Of a DNA stretch of 64,000 nucleotides, positions 39,136 to 47,918 are shown one piece after another (position 1 is the stretch's first letter; each line of letters begins with the position of its first letter). Below the pieces are notes generated by a model that was not told the DNA's origin, did not search any database, and saw only the letters and a program-made list of their open reading frames with translations. The translations under genes and the position numbers were made by a program. The stretch is from positions 9,321 through 73,320 of IMG/VR virus record IMGVR_UViG_3300021389_000015; one strand, written 5' to 3'. This DNA comes from a virus.

Positions 39136-39998
39136 AAAATATAATATATCAATATTGGCAAGGTGACTTAAAACCTGGTGTCATTTACAGCACTAAACTT
39201 ATGAAAGAATATGCAGATAGGATTGGTGCAGAATATAGATTTGATCATAACATTCAAATAGCATCTAAGACTGTGAACGTGCCAATTTATTATGAACCTG
39301 CAAATCCTTTAGTAGATCCATCATTTGATGTATATGATAATGTTGCATTAGTTGATATTGACGTGTATCCAACCGAAGGATTAACTGACGATATGTTTAT
39401 GTTAGATGGCGAAGATGCATGTATTTGTACAGAACCTAAACAACCACATTTTAGACAGATCTATAATGTTGCAGGCATTACAAATGCAAATGATATGAAC
39501 TGGACTCGACACTTGAAGAATGTATGGAATATTGAATATTCGTATGATAGAGAAAATAGACCAATGGTGTACAACACTGGTGTTGTAGTTATATCAAAGA
39601 ACGGTTTAAAAAAGATTAAAAAAGAATGGCCAACATTTCAACAGTATGTCAATCAAATGAATGCATTTCCTAGATTCTATAAACTCTTTCAAGACTATTT
39701 CTCTGCAATGATTCATTACAGTGATTTTGTATTTGCACGCATGCCAAATAGTTGGAACTGCTATATGCATAAAGTAGGATCACATCCTAATGCAACTATA
39801 GGTGATAATCGTGGTGCTGATCCTAAACTTGTGCACGTAATGTTTAGAACTGCAGACGACTGGCCAGAAGCAGCTCTTAATGATGTGGTAAATAAACCTG
39901 TAAATGAATGGAAACTTCCAGTTCATAAAGAATGGCCAAATGATGCAGTTGCATCTAATAGTTTAATTGGTCAAATAAATAAAATACAAGGACGATAG
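39132..39998 (+). CDS. GT-A fold glycosyltransferase
   Basis: VDID, YNTGVV, QDY, WN; paralog-like to 36505. Confidence 0.7.
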   Translation: MKNIIYQYWQGDLKPGVIYSTKLMKEYADRIGAEYRFDHNIQIASKTVNVPIYYEPANPLVDPSFDVYDNVALVDIDVYPTEGLTDDMFMLDGEDACICTEPKQPHFRQIYNVAGITNANDMNWTRHLKNVWNIEYSYDRENRPMVYNTGVVVISKNGLKKIKKEWPTFQQYVNQMNAFPRFYKLFQDYFSAMIHYSDFVFARMPNSWNCYMHKVGSHPNATIGDNRGADPKLVHVMFRTADDWPEAALNDVVNKPVNEWKLPVHKEWPNDAVASNSLIGQINKIQGR

Positions 39999-39999
39999 C

Positions 40000-40569
40000 A
40001 TGCTTACAGCTGATTTAGGTCATGTAAAAACCATACACGAATTTTACAAATCAATAAGAACTCAACAAGAAGTTGCACATGGTAAAGCATATTGCGATCA
40101 GCATGATGCTATTACTAAGTACATGGAAGAATGTAACTCGTATAAAGAGTTAGGCACACACCAAGGCGGCACCGCTGCATGTGCTATGTTAACTAATCCA
40201 AAGTATGTTGAATTAATTGATATTAATCATTACAAATATAGATGGAGACTACAGCCATTAGCTGAAGCGTATTGTGAAGAACATAACATTGAGTTAGTAG
40301 TAAAAGATGCTGATTCCAGTTCATTGGCTTCACTTGGTGCACCTGTAGACATGATGTTGATAGATTCACTACACAAACCTGATCATATGAAAAAAGAATT
40401 AGAACTACATGGTGTATCAGTTAACAAATACATTATAGCACACGATACATATGTCAATCAATCTCTCCACGCATGCTTAGAAAATTGGTGTAATGATAAC
40501 CGTGCTTGGAAAGTACACGAAAGAGGAATGGTTAACGTTGGTTATACGGTGTTAAAGAAAAATGCGTAA
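40000..40569 (+). CDS. class I SAM methyltransferase (Methyltransf_24-like)
   Basis: ELGTHQG, IDI, IDSLH, IAHDT. Confidence 0.72.
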   Translation: MLTADLGHVKTIHEFYKSIRTQQEVAHGKAYCDQHDAITKYMEECNSYKELGTHQGGTAACAMLTNPKYVELIDINHYKYRWRLQPLAEAYCEEHNIELVVKDADSSSLASLGAPVDMMLIDSLHKPDHMKKELELHGVSVNKYIIAHDTYVNQSLHACLENWCNDNRAWKVHERGMVNVGYTVLKKNA

Positions 40570-41263
40570 TATAATACTACAACACTTTGATGGCGAGATG
40601 AGACCACTTGATTATGAATCACAGTGGAATATTATGGATTACGCCGATATGATTGATGCTGATTATAAATTAGTGCTAGGTAAACCATTTAGAGAAAATT
40701 TGACAAATGCCTGCCAAAAGGTTCATATGTTGCATGAAGATTTTGATGATTGGGATAACGTATTAATGTTAGATATTGATATGTTTAGACCTGAAGCTAT
40801 GAGGTTAAATATATTTGATCAACCCGGTATAGGTCGATATGCCGACGTTCAGCAAAACTTACACAAGAGATTAACGCAATGGTACCCTATGTTAGGTAGT
40901 ATGGATACGCCATATTGGGGTGGTGCTATCTATAAGATGGATAGACATACAAGACAAACACTACGTAAACAGCTCGGTGGCAATGAAGGTTGGATGCAAA
41001 ATTTTAATAAACCTTATAACTATGAAGATGAAGGTATTATGCATGTCTTGGCAATGAGGTCAGGTATGAAATTTAAAGAACCGTATTTAGATCGTAAATG
41101 GTGTCAGTGTTCTTTTTTACCTAATCCTGAAAGAGCAGGCTTTATTCATGTAAGAACTAAGATAACTCCTCAAGGACCTAAGAGAGAAAAGATACTTAAC
41201 TGGAAAGAATTAGTTGATAAAAAAATCATAGCTGCTTACAAACCTCATGATAGTGATGCTTAA
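40562..41263 (+). CDS. GT-A fold glycosyltransferase
   Basis: QKV.ML, LDID, WGGA.Y, DEG. Confidence 0.68.
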   Translation: MRNIILQHFDGEMRPLDYESQWNIMDYADMIDADYKLVLGKPFRENLTNACQKVHMLHEDFDDWDNVLMLDIDMFRPEAMRLNIFDQPGIGRYADVQQNLHKRLTQWYPMLGSMDTPYWGGAIYKMDRHTRQTLRKQLGGNEGWMQNFNKPYNYEDEGIMHVLAMRSGMKFKEPYLDRKWCQCSFLPNPERAGFIHVRTKITPQGPKREKILNWKELVDKKIIAAYKPHDSDA

Positions 41264-41669
41264 TATATTATTTGAAAGATATAAATCTAAAAGACTAAAG
41301 TACCACTTATATTATGAAAAAGAATTCTTTCATCGTAGATTTGAACCACTCATGATATTGCAAGTTGGTATAGAACCAAGCCTACAGGTTTGGCAAAGAT
41401 ACTTTACCAGATCTCAAATATATTGTATTGACAGATTTGTACATACAGATCCTAAAAACATTTCTTACTTAGATGAAGAAAGAATACACTGGTCAAGGTG
41501 TGATGTAAATGATAAAAAGAAACTTAATCATGTTATGATAGATGTATGGAAAAAGCCACGGTTTAATATTATAATAGATAGTATTAGTGATCATAAAACA
41601 ATGAGACATTACGGTGTTGATAAGTACTACAAAGAGGTAAATAATGAAGTCTTTTGCCATAGTTGTTGA
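41256..41669 (+). CDS. degenerate methyltransferase-like protein
   Basis: ILQVGI..SL..WQRYF...IYCID...IIID. Confidence 0.5.
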   Translation: MLNILFERYKSKRLKYHLYYEKEFFHRRFEPLMILQVGIEPSLQVWQRYFTRSQIYCIDRFVHTDPKNISYLDEERIHWSRCDVNDKKKLNHVMIDVWKKPRFNIIIDSISDHKTMRHYGVDKYYKEVNNEVFCHSC

Positions 41670-42372
41670 AGGCAATAAAACATCTGAATCAGGTTATCGA
41701 GAACTCAAAGAGAGTTACGATAAGTATGGTTATCAAGATGAATTACAAATTCAACCAGCAATACCACCAGAAAAAGCTGAAGGTTATTGCGGTGGCAATG
41801 GTTTGTATTGGAACTATCCTTGGGAAGGTACTGAAACTGATTTGAAAACTGGTCTTATAAAATCTGCATATCCGACTCAAGATAAAAACAAAAGAATATC
41901 ATGTTTTTTAAGTCATTGGTATCTGTGGCATAAGTGTAAGAACTTAGATGAAATGATAATGGTGTTTGAACATGACTCTCGAATCATACGTAAACTACCT
42001 GCAGATAGTACATTCCAAAAATCTCAGTTTGATATTGTAGGTATAAATGATCCATCAATGGCAACAAGAAAATCTAAATTATATCACGATATTATACTTA
42101 AAAGAGCACAATCAGAATTACAAAGTCAGCAATATACTGAGTTCTTTCAACCAGTTCCTCGTATTGATGAGTTCAATGTACCACAAGGATTAGCAGGTAA
42201 TTCTGCTTATGTCATAAAACCAGCCGGCGCAATTAAGATGATAGAGTTATCACAAGAACACGGCATGTGGCCTAATGATGCACTGATGTGTTATCAACTT
42301 ATTGAGTCGCTTGGAGTAACACGTAACTTTTATACAAGAGTACAAGGATTGAGGTCAACCACAACATTATGA
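41644..42372 (+). CDS. glycosyltransferase family 25-like
   Basis: SCFLSH..LW, FEHD, G..AYVI.P.GA. Confidence 0.75.
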   Translation: MKSFAIVVEGNKTSESGYRELKESYDKYGYQDELQIQPAIPPEKAEGYCGGNGLYWNYPWEGTETDLKTGLIKSAYPTQDKNKRISCFLSHWYLWHKCKNLDEMIMVFEHDSRIIRKLPADSTFQKSQFDIVGINDPSMATRKSKLYHDIILKRAQSELQSQQYTEFFQPVPRIDEFNVPQGLAGNSAYVIKPAGAIKMIELSQEHGMWPNDALMCYQLIESLGVTRNFYTRVQGLRSTTTL

Positions 42373-43010
42373 AGATGTATGTAATAACAATAATGGAAAA
42401 TGAAAGATCAGTACAAGTTGCTGATAGGTGTATACAAAGTGGTTTGGTATTTGGTCATAAGATAGAAAAGCATCCAGCATATTCTCCACAGAACTGTAAT
42501 GTAAATCAAGAACTTGATAATTTAAATTATGACAGATCTGGTTTTATAGAAAAATATAGTAGGCCAGAAAACTGTATTGCAGGATTTTTAAGTCATCATA
42601 GCTTGTGGCAAAAATGTATTGACTTAAGTGAACCAATAGTAATATTTGAACACGATGCTGTAATAGTAAATGATATACCAGAACTACCTATGTTTGACAT
42701 ATTAAGTTTTGGTAAACCATCTTACGGTAAGTTCAATACGCCATCATTTTTAGGCTATGGTGCATTAGTATCTAAACCGTATTTCCCTGGTGCACATGCA
42801 TATAGGATTACTCCTAAAGGTGCAGCAGAATTAATTAATGAGGCTCAGTTTACTGCAGGTCCAACCGATGTTTATATTCACAGCAGTAAGTTTACATTAG
42901 GTGAGTATTATCCATGGCCAGTAGAAGCAAGAGATAGTTTTACTACAATACAGAGAAAAGAAGGTTGTTACGCAAAGCATAACTATGGTGAAACCTACGA
43001 CATTATATGA
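42369..43010 (+). CDS. glycosyltransferase family 25-like
   Basis: FLSHHSLW, IFEHDA, GAHAY.ITP.GA. Confidence 0.75.
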   Translation: MKMYVITIMENERSVQVADRCIQSGLVFGHKIEKHPAYSPQNCNVNQELDNLNYDRSGFIEKYSRPENCIAGFLSHHSLWQKCIDLSEPIVIFEHDAVIVNDIPELPMFDILSFGKPSYGKFNTPSFLGYGALVSKPYFPGAHAYRITPKGAAELINEAQFTAGPTDVYIHSSKFTLGEYYPWPVEARDSFTTIQRKEGCYAKHNYGETYDII

Positions 43011-43641
43011 TGAAGCTTTTGTAACTGGTTGCGATAGTTCACAAGAGTGGATGTTAGACTGGTTCTTAAAGAACTTTAAAAAGAATTCAAACAAACCTTT
43101 GATATTTGCAAACTTTGGTGTATCAGAATTAAGTCTTGAAATTATGAGAGCTAACTGTCATGCTATCATGGATATGACTAACGTTGAAGAACAAGGTTGG
43201 TTTAAAAAACCAATGACAATGTTGAAGTGTCCGTCAGTTAAGACAGTTTGGTTGGATACTGATTGCGAAGTTATGATGAATATCGATGGAATATTTAATT
43301 TATTAGAACCAAATAAACTTAATATGGTAACAGATAGGCCATGGACAAAACGAACAGGTGAAGTGTGGCATAACTCTGGTGTTGTCGGGTTTATAGATAA
43401 ACCTATAATATTAAATCAATGGGTAAATGCCGTAAAATATAATAGTGGCAACCAAGGAGATCAAGAAGTATTACACTCGATGTTGAATCCTATCACTAAG
43501 ATTGGCGCAATACACGATTTACCTAATGAGTATAATGTATTAAGAATACAAACTGAGGTTGATAAAAACTATCATGGCACTATACGTATCATGCACTGGA
43601 CCGGCCACAAAGGTAAAATAATAATTAAATATAAAAAGTAG
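42985..43641 (+). CDS. glycosyltransferase (GT8-like)
   Basis: WFKKP, WLDTD, NSGV, GDQ..L, YN, HWTG..GK. Confidence 0.75.
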   Translation: MVKPTTLYDEAFVTGCDSSQEWMLDWFLKNFKKNSNKPLIFANFGVSELSLEIMRANCHAIMDMTNVEEQGWFKKPMTMLKCPSVKTVWLDTDCEVMMNIDGIFNLLEPNKLNMVTDRPWTKRTGEVWHNSGVVGFIDKPIILNQWVNAVKYNSGNQGDQEVLHSMLNPITKIGAIHDLPNEYNVLRIQTEVDKNYHGTIRIMHWTGHKGKIIIKYKK

Positions 43642-43648
43642 GATCATT

Positions 43649-44272
43649 ATGAAAAGAATAGTACATATAATTGGTAACGGTGATCATTCTGGATATTTTT
43701 GGAATGAACCGAGATACGGCATGAAATTAACATGCAACGTACCTCCATTTGCTATACCTAATGTTTATGCTACTATTATGGTTGATTTTAAAATGATGAA
43801 AGCGATTCATGATGGTTCAGTAACTTTTGGTGGAGAATGGATTGTTGGCATGAGGCCAAAAATTTATATGGGTAATAATCCATCATTTCATATCAAAATG
43901 TCACCTTATATAAAAGAGTTTTATACAGAACTACCGAAGTATGTAGCTAACTACACAGACTTTAACTGCGGTCATATGGCATGTCATTATGCAGCAAATA
44001 AAGTAAAAGCAGAAGAAGTACATATGTACGGATTCGATTCTTTATTTGATTTTAACTTAAGAAGTTACACTGATCTATTTTTAAACTCTGATCGTGGCGA
44101 TATCAATAACAATAGACTTGCAAATAACTGGCGACCGGTCTGGGAAAATATGTTTAAAGAGTTTCCAAAAACTAAGTTTGTACTATACCATAAACATAAT
44201 GCAATTAAAGTTAATGTCGGTGATAATGTTAGTATCGTAACATACGATAAGATGGCCAAAGCACCAGCTTAA
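43649..44272 (+). CDS. Rossmann-like sugar transferase-related protein (GT29/Maf-like)
   Basis: IIGNG, CN, VD..M, NCGH.A, MYGFD. Confidence 0.5.
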   Translation: MKRIVHIIGNGDHSGYFWNEPRYGMKLTCNVPPFAIPNVYATIMVDFKMMKAIHDGSVTFGGEWIVGMRPKIYMGNNPSFHIKMSPYIKEFYTELPKYVANYTDFNCGHMACHYAANKVKAEEVHMYGFDSLFDFNLRSYTDLFLNSDRGDINNNRLANNWRPVWENMFKEFPKTKFVLYHKHNAIKVNVGDNVSIVTYDKMAKAPA

Positions 44273-44275
44273 CTA

Positions 44276-44347
44276 TTAACAGGTTAATCACTTTTTTTCA
44301 TTTAAGTGCATTTTTTCCTTTACAAATCCTGATTTTTATGGTATAAT
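44276..44347 (+). promoter_or_regulatory. early promoter with upstream TTAA-N4-TTAATCAC element
   Basis: -35 at 44319, -10 at 44342. Confidence 0.8.
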
Positions 44348-44379
44348 ATATCTATTAAAATAAAAAATCAGGAGTTAAA

Positions 44380-44535
44380 ATGTTGAAAATCGAAGAACTA
44401 CAAAAGATTAAAGAATCATTGACAGACCTTGGAGACATCGTATGGAATGACATGGATTCTCATGATCCTAAAACAATCAGAAATCTTGATGAATCAATTG
44501 AAGCAATTGATAAGGCTATAAAAAAATGTGCATAA
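44380..44535 (+). CDS. small early protein
   Basis: 51-aa ORF MLKIEELQK with AGGAG SD; not in the ORF track. Confidence 0.6.
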   Translation: MLKIEELQKIKESLTDLGDIVWNDMDSHDPKTIRNLDESIEAIDKAIKKCA

Positions 44536-44549
44536 AGTGCATTTTTTCC

Positions 44550-44578
44550 TTTACAGTTGCTGAAAAATGTAGTATAAT
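44550..44578 (+). promoter_or_regulatory. early sigma70-type promoter
   Basis: TTTACA-N17-TATAAT. Confidence 0.8.
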
Positions 44579-44611
44579 AGATCTATAATAATTAAAAGGG
44601 AGTTAGATATT

Positions 44612-44800
44612 ATGGCAAAAGTTAAAAGTTTAGTTATGGATTCAATGGACGAGTTTTACAGTAACGCAGAGCATATCGTTAAGGATGCTGATTCGTTATC
44701 TCAAGCCAAAGAACATGTCGAGATCATGAGAAACAGAGAGTTCAACTGGTTGGACAAAGATCAAATTGCCGATGAAGTAGAGTTATACTGGTATGCTTAA
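44612..44800 (+). CDS. small acidic early protein
   Basis: GGGAG SD; MAKVKSLVMD. Confidence 0.6.
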   Translation: MAKVKSLVMDSMDEFYSNAEHIVKDADSLSQAKEHVEIMRNREFNWLDKDQIADEVELYWYA

Positions 44801-45344
44801 CAATATCAATGCCATGAAAGCATTTATTGCAGGTACTATAGGATTTATAGGACTATCATTCTGTAGTCCACAATCATATGCAGCATCGAAATATGAAGGT
44901 ACCGCACACCAACAGATTGTATGTTTAGCCGATAACATCTATTGGGAAGCACGCAACCAGCCAGTTAAAGGTATGTTTGCGGTTGCATTTGTTGTTGATA
45001 ACCGTGTTAGCGATGATCGTTATCCTAATACTTATTGTGAAGTTATACAACAAGGTCCTACTAGACCATCATGGAAAGACAAAACAAAATACTTTCCGGT
45101 TAAAAACAGATGTCAATTCAGCTGGTTTTGTGATGGTAAAAGCGATGATATTCCTATATATGATAGAGAAGTTTATGATGTTGCACTTCAAATAGCTAGA
45201 ACGATATTCTTTGGTCAATATAAAGATGATATAACTTATGGTGCAACACATTACCATGCCGACTATGTATTTCCATCATGGCGTAAACAAAAAACTAAAA
45301 CTCTAATAATAGCTAATCATATTTTCTATAGATGGGAAAAATAA
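44793..45344 (+). CDS. cell wall hydrolase (SleB/Hydrolase_2)
   Basis: CLADNIYWEAR, NRV, CQFSWFCDGKSD, GATHYHA, HIFY. Confidence 0.9.
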   Translation: MLNNINAMKAFIAGTIGFIGLSFCSPQSYAASKYEGTAHQQIVCLADNIYWEARNQPVKGMFAVAFVVDNRVSDDRYPNTYCEVIQQGPTRPSWKDKTKYFPVKNRCQFSWFCDGKSDDIPIYDREVYDVALQIARTIFFGQYKDDITYGATHYHADYVFPSWRKQKTKTLIIANHIFYRWEK

Positions 45345-45505
45345 TGGAAGAAGAATGGTGGGAACACTACTGTTGTGTGAAAAGAGATATAATGGGATTT
45401 CAGAAGGGTGTACCATGTGATTGGTGCGATGAAGAAGATCCAAATCCATTTTCAATTAAAGTAATTGTAAGAGATAATAAAAGGTCTAAAGACGATGGTG
45501 AGTAA
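45344..45505 (+). CDS. small Cys-containing protein
   Basis: MEEEWWEHYCC...PCDWC; TAATG coupling. Confidence 0.45.
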   Translation: MEEEWWEHYCCVKRDIMGFQKGVPCDWCDEEDPNPFSIKVIVRDNKRSKDDGE

Positions 45506-45869
45506 ATTCGTATATGATAGTTGGAATTCAGTCATGGATCATGATAGAAATCCTTTGAAGAATATACCGCACTTAAATACAAGACATATGATAATGCAAG
45601 TGCTCGCTTGGATGTGGTGTATTATGTTTTCAATGTACTTTAGTAGTATGTGGATATTCGGTATCACGGCTATAGCACATATTTTTATCTTAGCTGCAAT
45701 AACAGTTACAGTCGCTGCATTTGAAACTGCAAAAAGAAAACCACAATTCTTCTTAAAGAACGGTTATCATACATCGAGTAGATCAAGACAAGTAATGTAC
45801 TTATCCGGTAATGGAAGACTACAAAAGATTGAATTAGACCCTAACGACCCTGGAGGCGAGCATGAATAA
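45495..45869 (+). CDS. membrane protein, hypothetical
   Basis: NPLKNIP..RH..MQVLAWMWC plus two hydrophobic helices. Confidence 0.65.
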   Translation: MVSKFVYDSWNSVMDHDRNPLKNIPHLNTRHMIMQVLAWMWCIMFSMYFSSMWIFGITAIAHIFILAAITVTVAAFETAKRKPQFFLKNGYHTSSRSRQVMYLSGNGRLQKIELDPNDPGGEHE

Positions 45870-46209
45870 AACTAAAGAACCGAAAGGTGAATATAAATTT
45901 AATGAAAAAGATTATGTTGAAGAGTTGCTAAGAGTAATTGACTCAACTTATACTGGTCATTATTCAAGACAGCACTTTCAGGCTACAGAATTTATAATTG
46001 ACGGTGGCCACGGTACAGGTTTCTGTATCGGTAACATTATGAAGTATGCTCAAAGATATGGTAAAAAAGGTACGAGTAAAGATGCTCGTAAAGATTTACT
46101 GAAGGTGCTACACTATGCTATCATTCAGTTGTATGTCCATGATATGGATGAATTCGATAAATATGCAAGTGTTGATTCTGATAGAGAATATAGATATAAC
46201 ACCGATTAG
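45862..46209 (+). CDS. DUF3310/SaV-like protein
   Basis: HY...GF..GN..KY..RYGKK...DL.K..HY. Confidence 0.7.
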   Translation: MNKTKEPKGEYKFNEKDYVEELLRVIDSTYTGHYSRQHFQATEFIIDGGHGTGFCIGNIMKYAQRYGKKGTSKDARKDLLKVLHYAIIQLYVHDMDEFDKYASVDSDREYRYNTD

Positions 46210-46211
46210 TG

Positions 46212-46219
46212 TATAAATA
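46212..46219 (+). promoter_or_regulatory. T4-type late promoter
   Basis: Intergenic TATAAATA just upstream of the riboswitch. Confidence 0.75.
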
Positions 46220-46230
46220 GTATTACATTA

Positions 46231-46305
46231 AACGTTCACCCGTAAAGGGCGGAAGTAAGCAATCGCTGAAGGAACGCACTCTAACTATTAACTAGGGAGG
46301 GTGGC
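46231..46305 (+). ncRNA. glutamine riboswitch (glnA motif) with expression platform
   Basis: P1 CGTTC/GAACG, P2 ACCC-GTAAA-GGGC, E-loop GGAAGTA..GAAG flanking P3 AGC-AATC-GCT; CACTCT can pair with AGGGTG over the SD. Confidence 0.8.
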
Positions 46306-46308
46306 AAA

Positions 46309-46410
46309 ATGACTTACAGACCATTTCAATGGAAGATGTTTGTTAAGGCTCGTAAACGTGCTTTAGTTCATAAGATACTGAACTATCGTCTATTATTAAA
46401 AGCAGCTTAA
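46309..46410 (+). CDS. riboswitch-controlled 33-aa basic peptide MTYRPFQWKMFVKARKRALVHKILNYRLLLKAA
   Basis: GGGAGG SD, ATG 46309, TAA 46408-46410. Confidence 0.7.
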   Translation: MTYRPFQWKMFVKARKRALVHKILNYRLLLKAA

Positions 46411-46625
46411 TAAACTTTAGTATTCTTACCGATGCGCTTAGGTACGCATATCGCCGTATATGATAGGAACTTAGGCGCATCTTCTTGTGCGACTCTATTT
46501 GGAACACCAGGTTGATTGTTTAATCTTTCAGCAAAGTACTTACATCGATCAATGTCAGCAAAATACATATCTTGACTCTCTACACGAGAACCTAAATATA
46601 CCATTAATAAAAATGCGTGTATCAT
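46407..46625 (-). CDS. hypothetical protein
   Basis: 72-aa ORF, last gene of the minus-strand late operon. Confidence 0.6.
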   Translation of the reverse strand: MIHAFLLMVYLGSRVESQDMYFADIDRCKYFAERLNNQPGVPNRVAQEDAPKFLSYTAICVPKRIGKNTKVY

Positions 46626-46936
46626 CTTCGTTTCTTCTTAGTTTCTGTTTTAACTATCGAGGCTTGAGCTTCTCTTCTGAGTTTTTCAAGAGCATCTTCT
46701 GATTTATCAAATTTTGGCTTCTCTCTTGTAGAGAGTTGAGCCCAAAACTTATCTTTCACTGGAGCATTATTCTTACTATTATTTAACATTATTGTGATGG
46801 CTTTATAACCATCACCCATGAACACTAACTTATCATTTTTATATAATTTAGACTTAGACGATATCGTCATATCTAGTATCATATTCTCATGTTTGAATAT
46901 CATCTTTACCACATTCGCATTTCTGACACACGTCAT
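46622..46936 (-). CDS. hypothetical protein (true start probably downstream of 46936)
   Basis: ORF in the minus-strand operon. Confidence 0.55.
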   Translation of the reverse strand: MTCVRNANVVKMIFKHENMILDMTISSKSKLYKNDKLVFMGDGYKAITIMLNNSKNNAPVKDKFWAQLSTREKPKFDKSEDALEKLRREAQASIVKTETKKKRR

Positions 46937-47030
46937 TCATACACTCGGGACATCCACTTGAATAACAGTGACATCGATGTCCGCAATATCTACACTTTCT
47001 CTCTTCACCTACATTTGATTCACCTAACAT
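46887..47030 (-). CDS. 47-aa Cys-rich metallothionein/zinc-binding-like microprotein
   Basis: AGGAG SD; MLGESNVGEERKCRYCGHRCHCYSSGCPECMNDVCQKCECGKDDIQT (9 Cys, 2 His). Confidence 0.65.
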   Translation of the reverse strand: MLGESNVGEERKCRYCGHRCHCYSSGCPECMNDVCQKCECGKDDIQT

Positions 47031-47038
47031 ATCAGCTC

Positions 47039-47368
47039 CTACTTTTTACCTATTGAATTTAAACTATCCATCACATTATCGATGTTTGGTTCTTTACTAT
47101 TTGGATTGTATACACACTTGAATTGTTTTGGACAATTGTTGTCAAACATCAACTCATATGTTTTATTACCACCCTGATATATACACGCCTGTTCACCACT
47201 TCTTGATTGTATGATCTTCTTTAATCTACATGTGGTGTACTTCTTTTCAACGATAGTACCACGTTGTATCTTCTGTTGACGAGTATAGTCTTTCTTTGTA
47301 CCGACCGTCTTAGCACCCGCAAGTGCCGTAGATACTATAACGCAAAAGATAAGAAAAAACTTTATCAT
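47039..47368 (-). CDS. secreted Cys-containing protein
   Basis: Signal-peptide-like N-terminus, four Cys. Confidence 0.6.
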   Translation of the reverse strand: MIKFFLIFCVIVSTALAGAKTVGTKKDYTRQQKIQRGTIVEKKYTTCRLKKIIQSRSGEQACIYQGGNKTYELMFDNNCPKQFKCVYNPNSKEPNIDNVMDSLNSIGKK

Positions 47369-47844
47369 TGATTACTATAATAGATCGCACCAAAGACTGC
47401 CGCAACTCCACCGACCGCCGCACCCATAACCATGAGTACCATCTTAATGTCGGCCCATGTTTCGGCATCGGCTTTACGCTTATCGATACGCGCTTGTTTC
47501 TCGGCTTCTTTCTGTTCTTGTATTCGCCTTGCGCGTTCATCAACAATTCCTTGCCATGTACCCGGTCCAAATCGTAGATTAATGAGTGTTGAAATTTCTT
47601 GTAGTTGTTCCGCCGCAAGTCTTGCGTCAATCGTTTCTCTTGCGATATGTGCCGTGTCAAACTGTTCTTTGACTCCTAAACCACGCTTATTCGACTTCTT
47701 ATTGACTTCGTCTTTACCACGAAATAATGCGTCAATGTGACTACCTAACTCTCCGATGTCTTTACAGGTATCAATGTTAGACTTAATGAAATCTACACTT
47801 GACTTCACCAATGCGATACCCGCTAGTATTTCTGCTACTGGCAT
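47365..47844 (-). CDS. coiled-coil protein with C-terminal TM helix
   Basis: MPVAEILAGIALVK, C-terminal hydrophobic helix, GAGGAG SD. Confidence 0.65.
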   Translation of the reverse strand: MPVAEILAGIALVKSSVDFIKSNIDTCKDIGELGSHIDALFRGKDEVNKKSNKRGLGVKEQFDTAHIARETIDARLAAEQLQEISTLINLRFGPGTWQGIVDERARRIQEQKEAEKQARIDKRKADAETWADIKMVLMVMGAAVGGVAAVFGAIYYSNQ

Positions 47845-47866
47845 AATAACTCCTCTTCTTCAGTAC

Positions 47867-47874
47867 TATTTATA
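47867..47874 (-). promoter_or_regulatory. T4-type late promoter (minus strand)
   Basis: TATAAATA on the minus strand 22 nt upstream of the ATG at 47844. Confidence 0.75.
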
Positions 47875-47883
47875 AAATAATCC

Positions 47884-47912
47884 TTTACAAACGGCGAATT
47901 CTGTGGTATAAT
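47884..47912 (+). promoter_or_regulatory. early promoter driving the tmRNA
   Basis: CCTTTACA-N17-TATAAT with TGG. Confidence 0.82.
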
Positions 47913-47918
47913 ATATAC

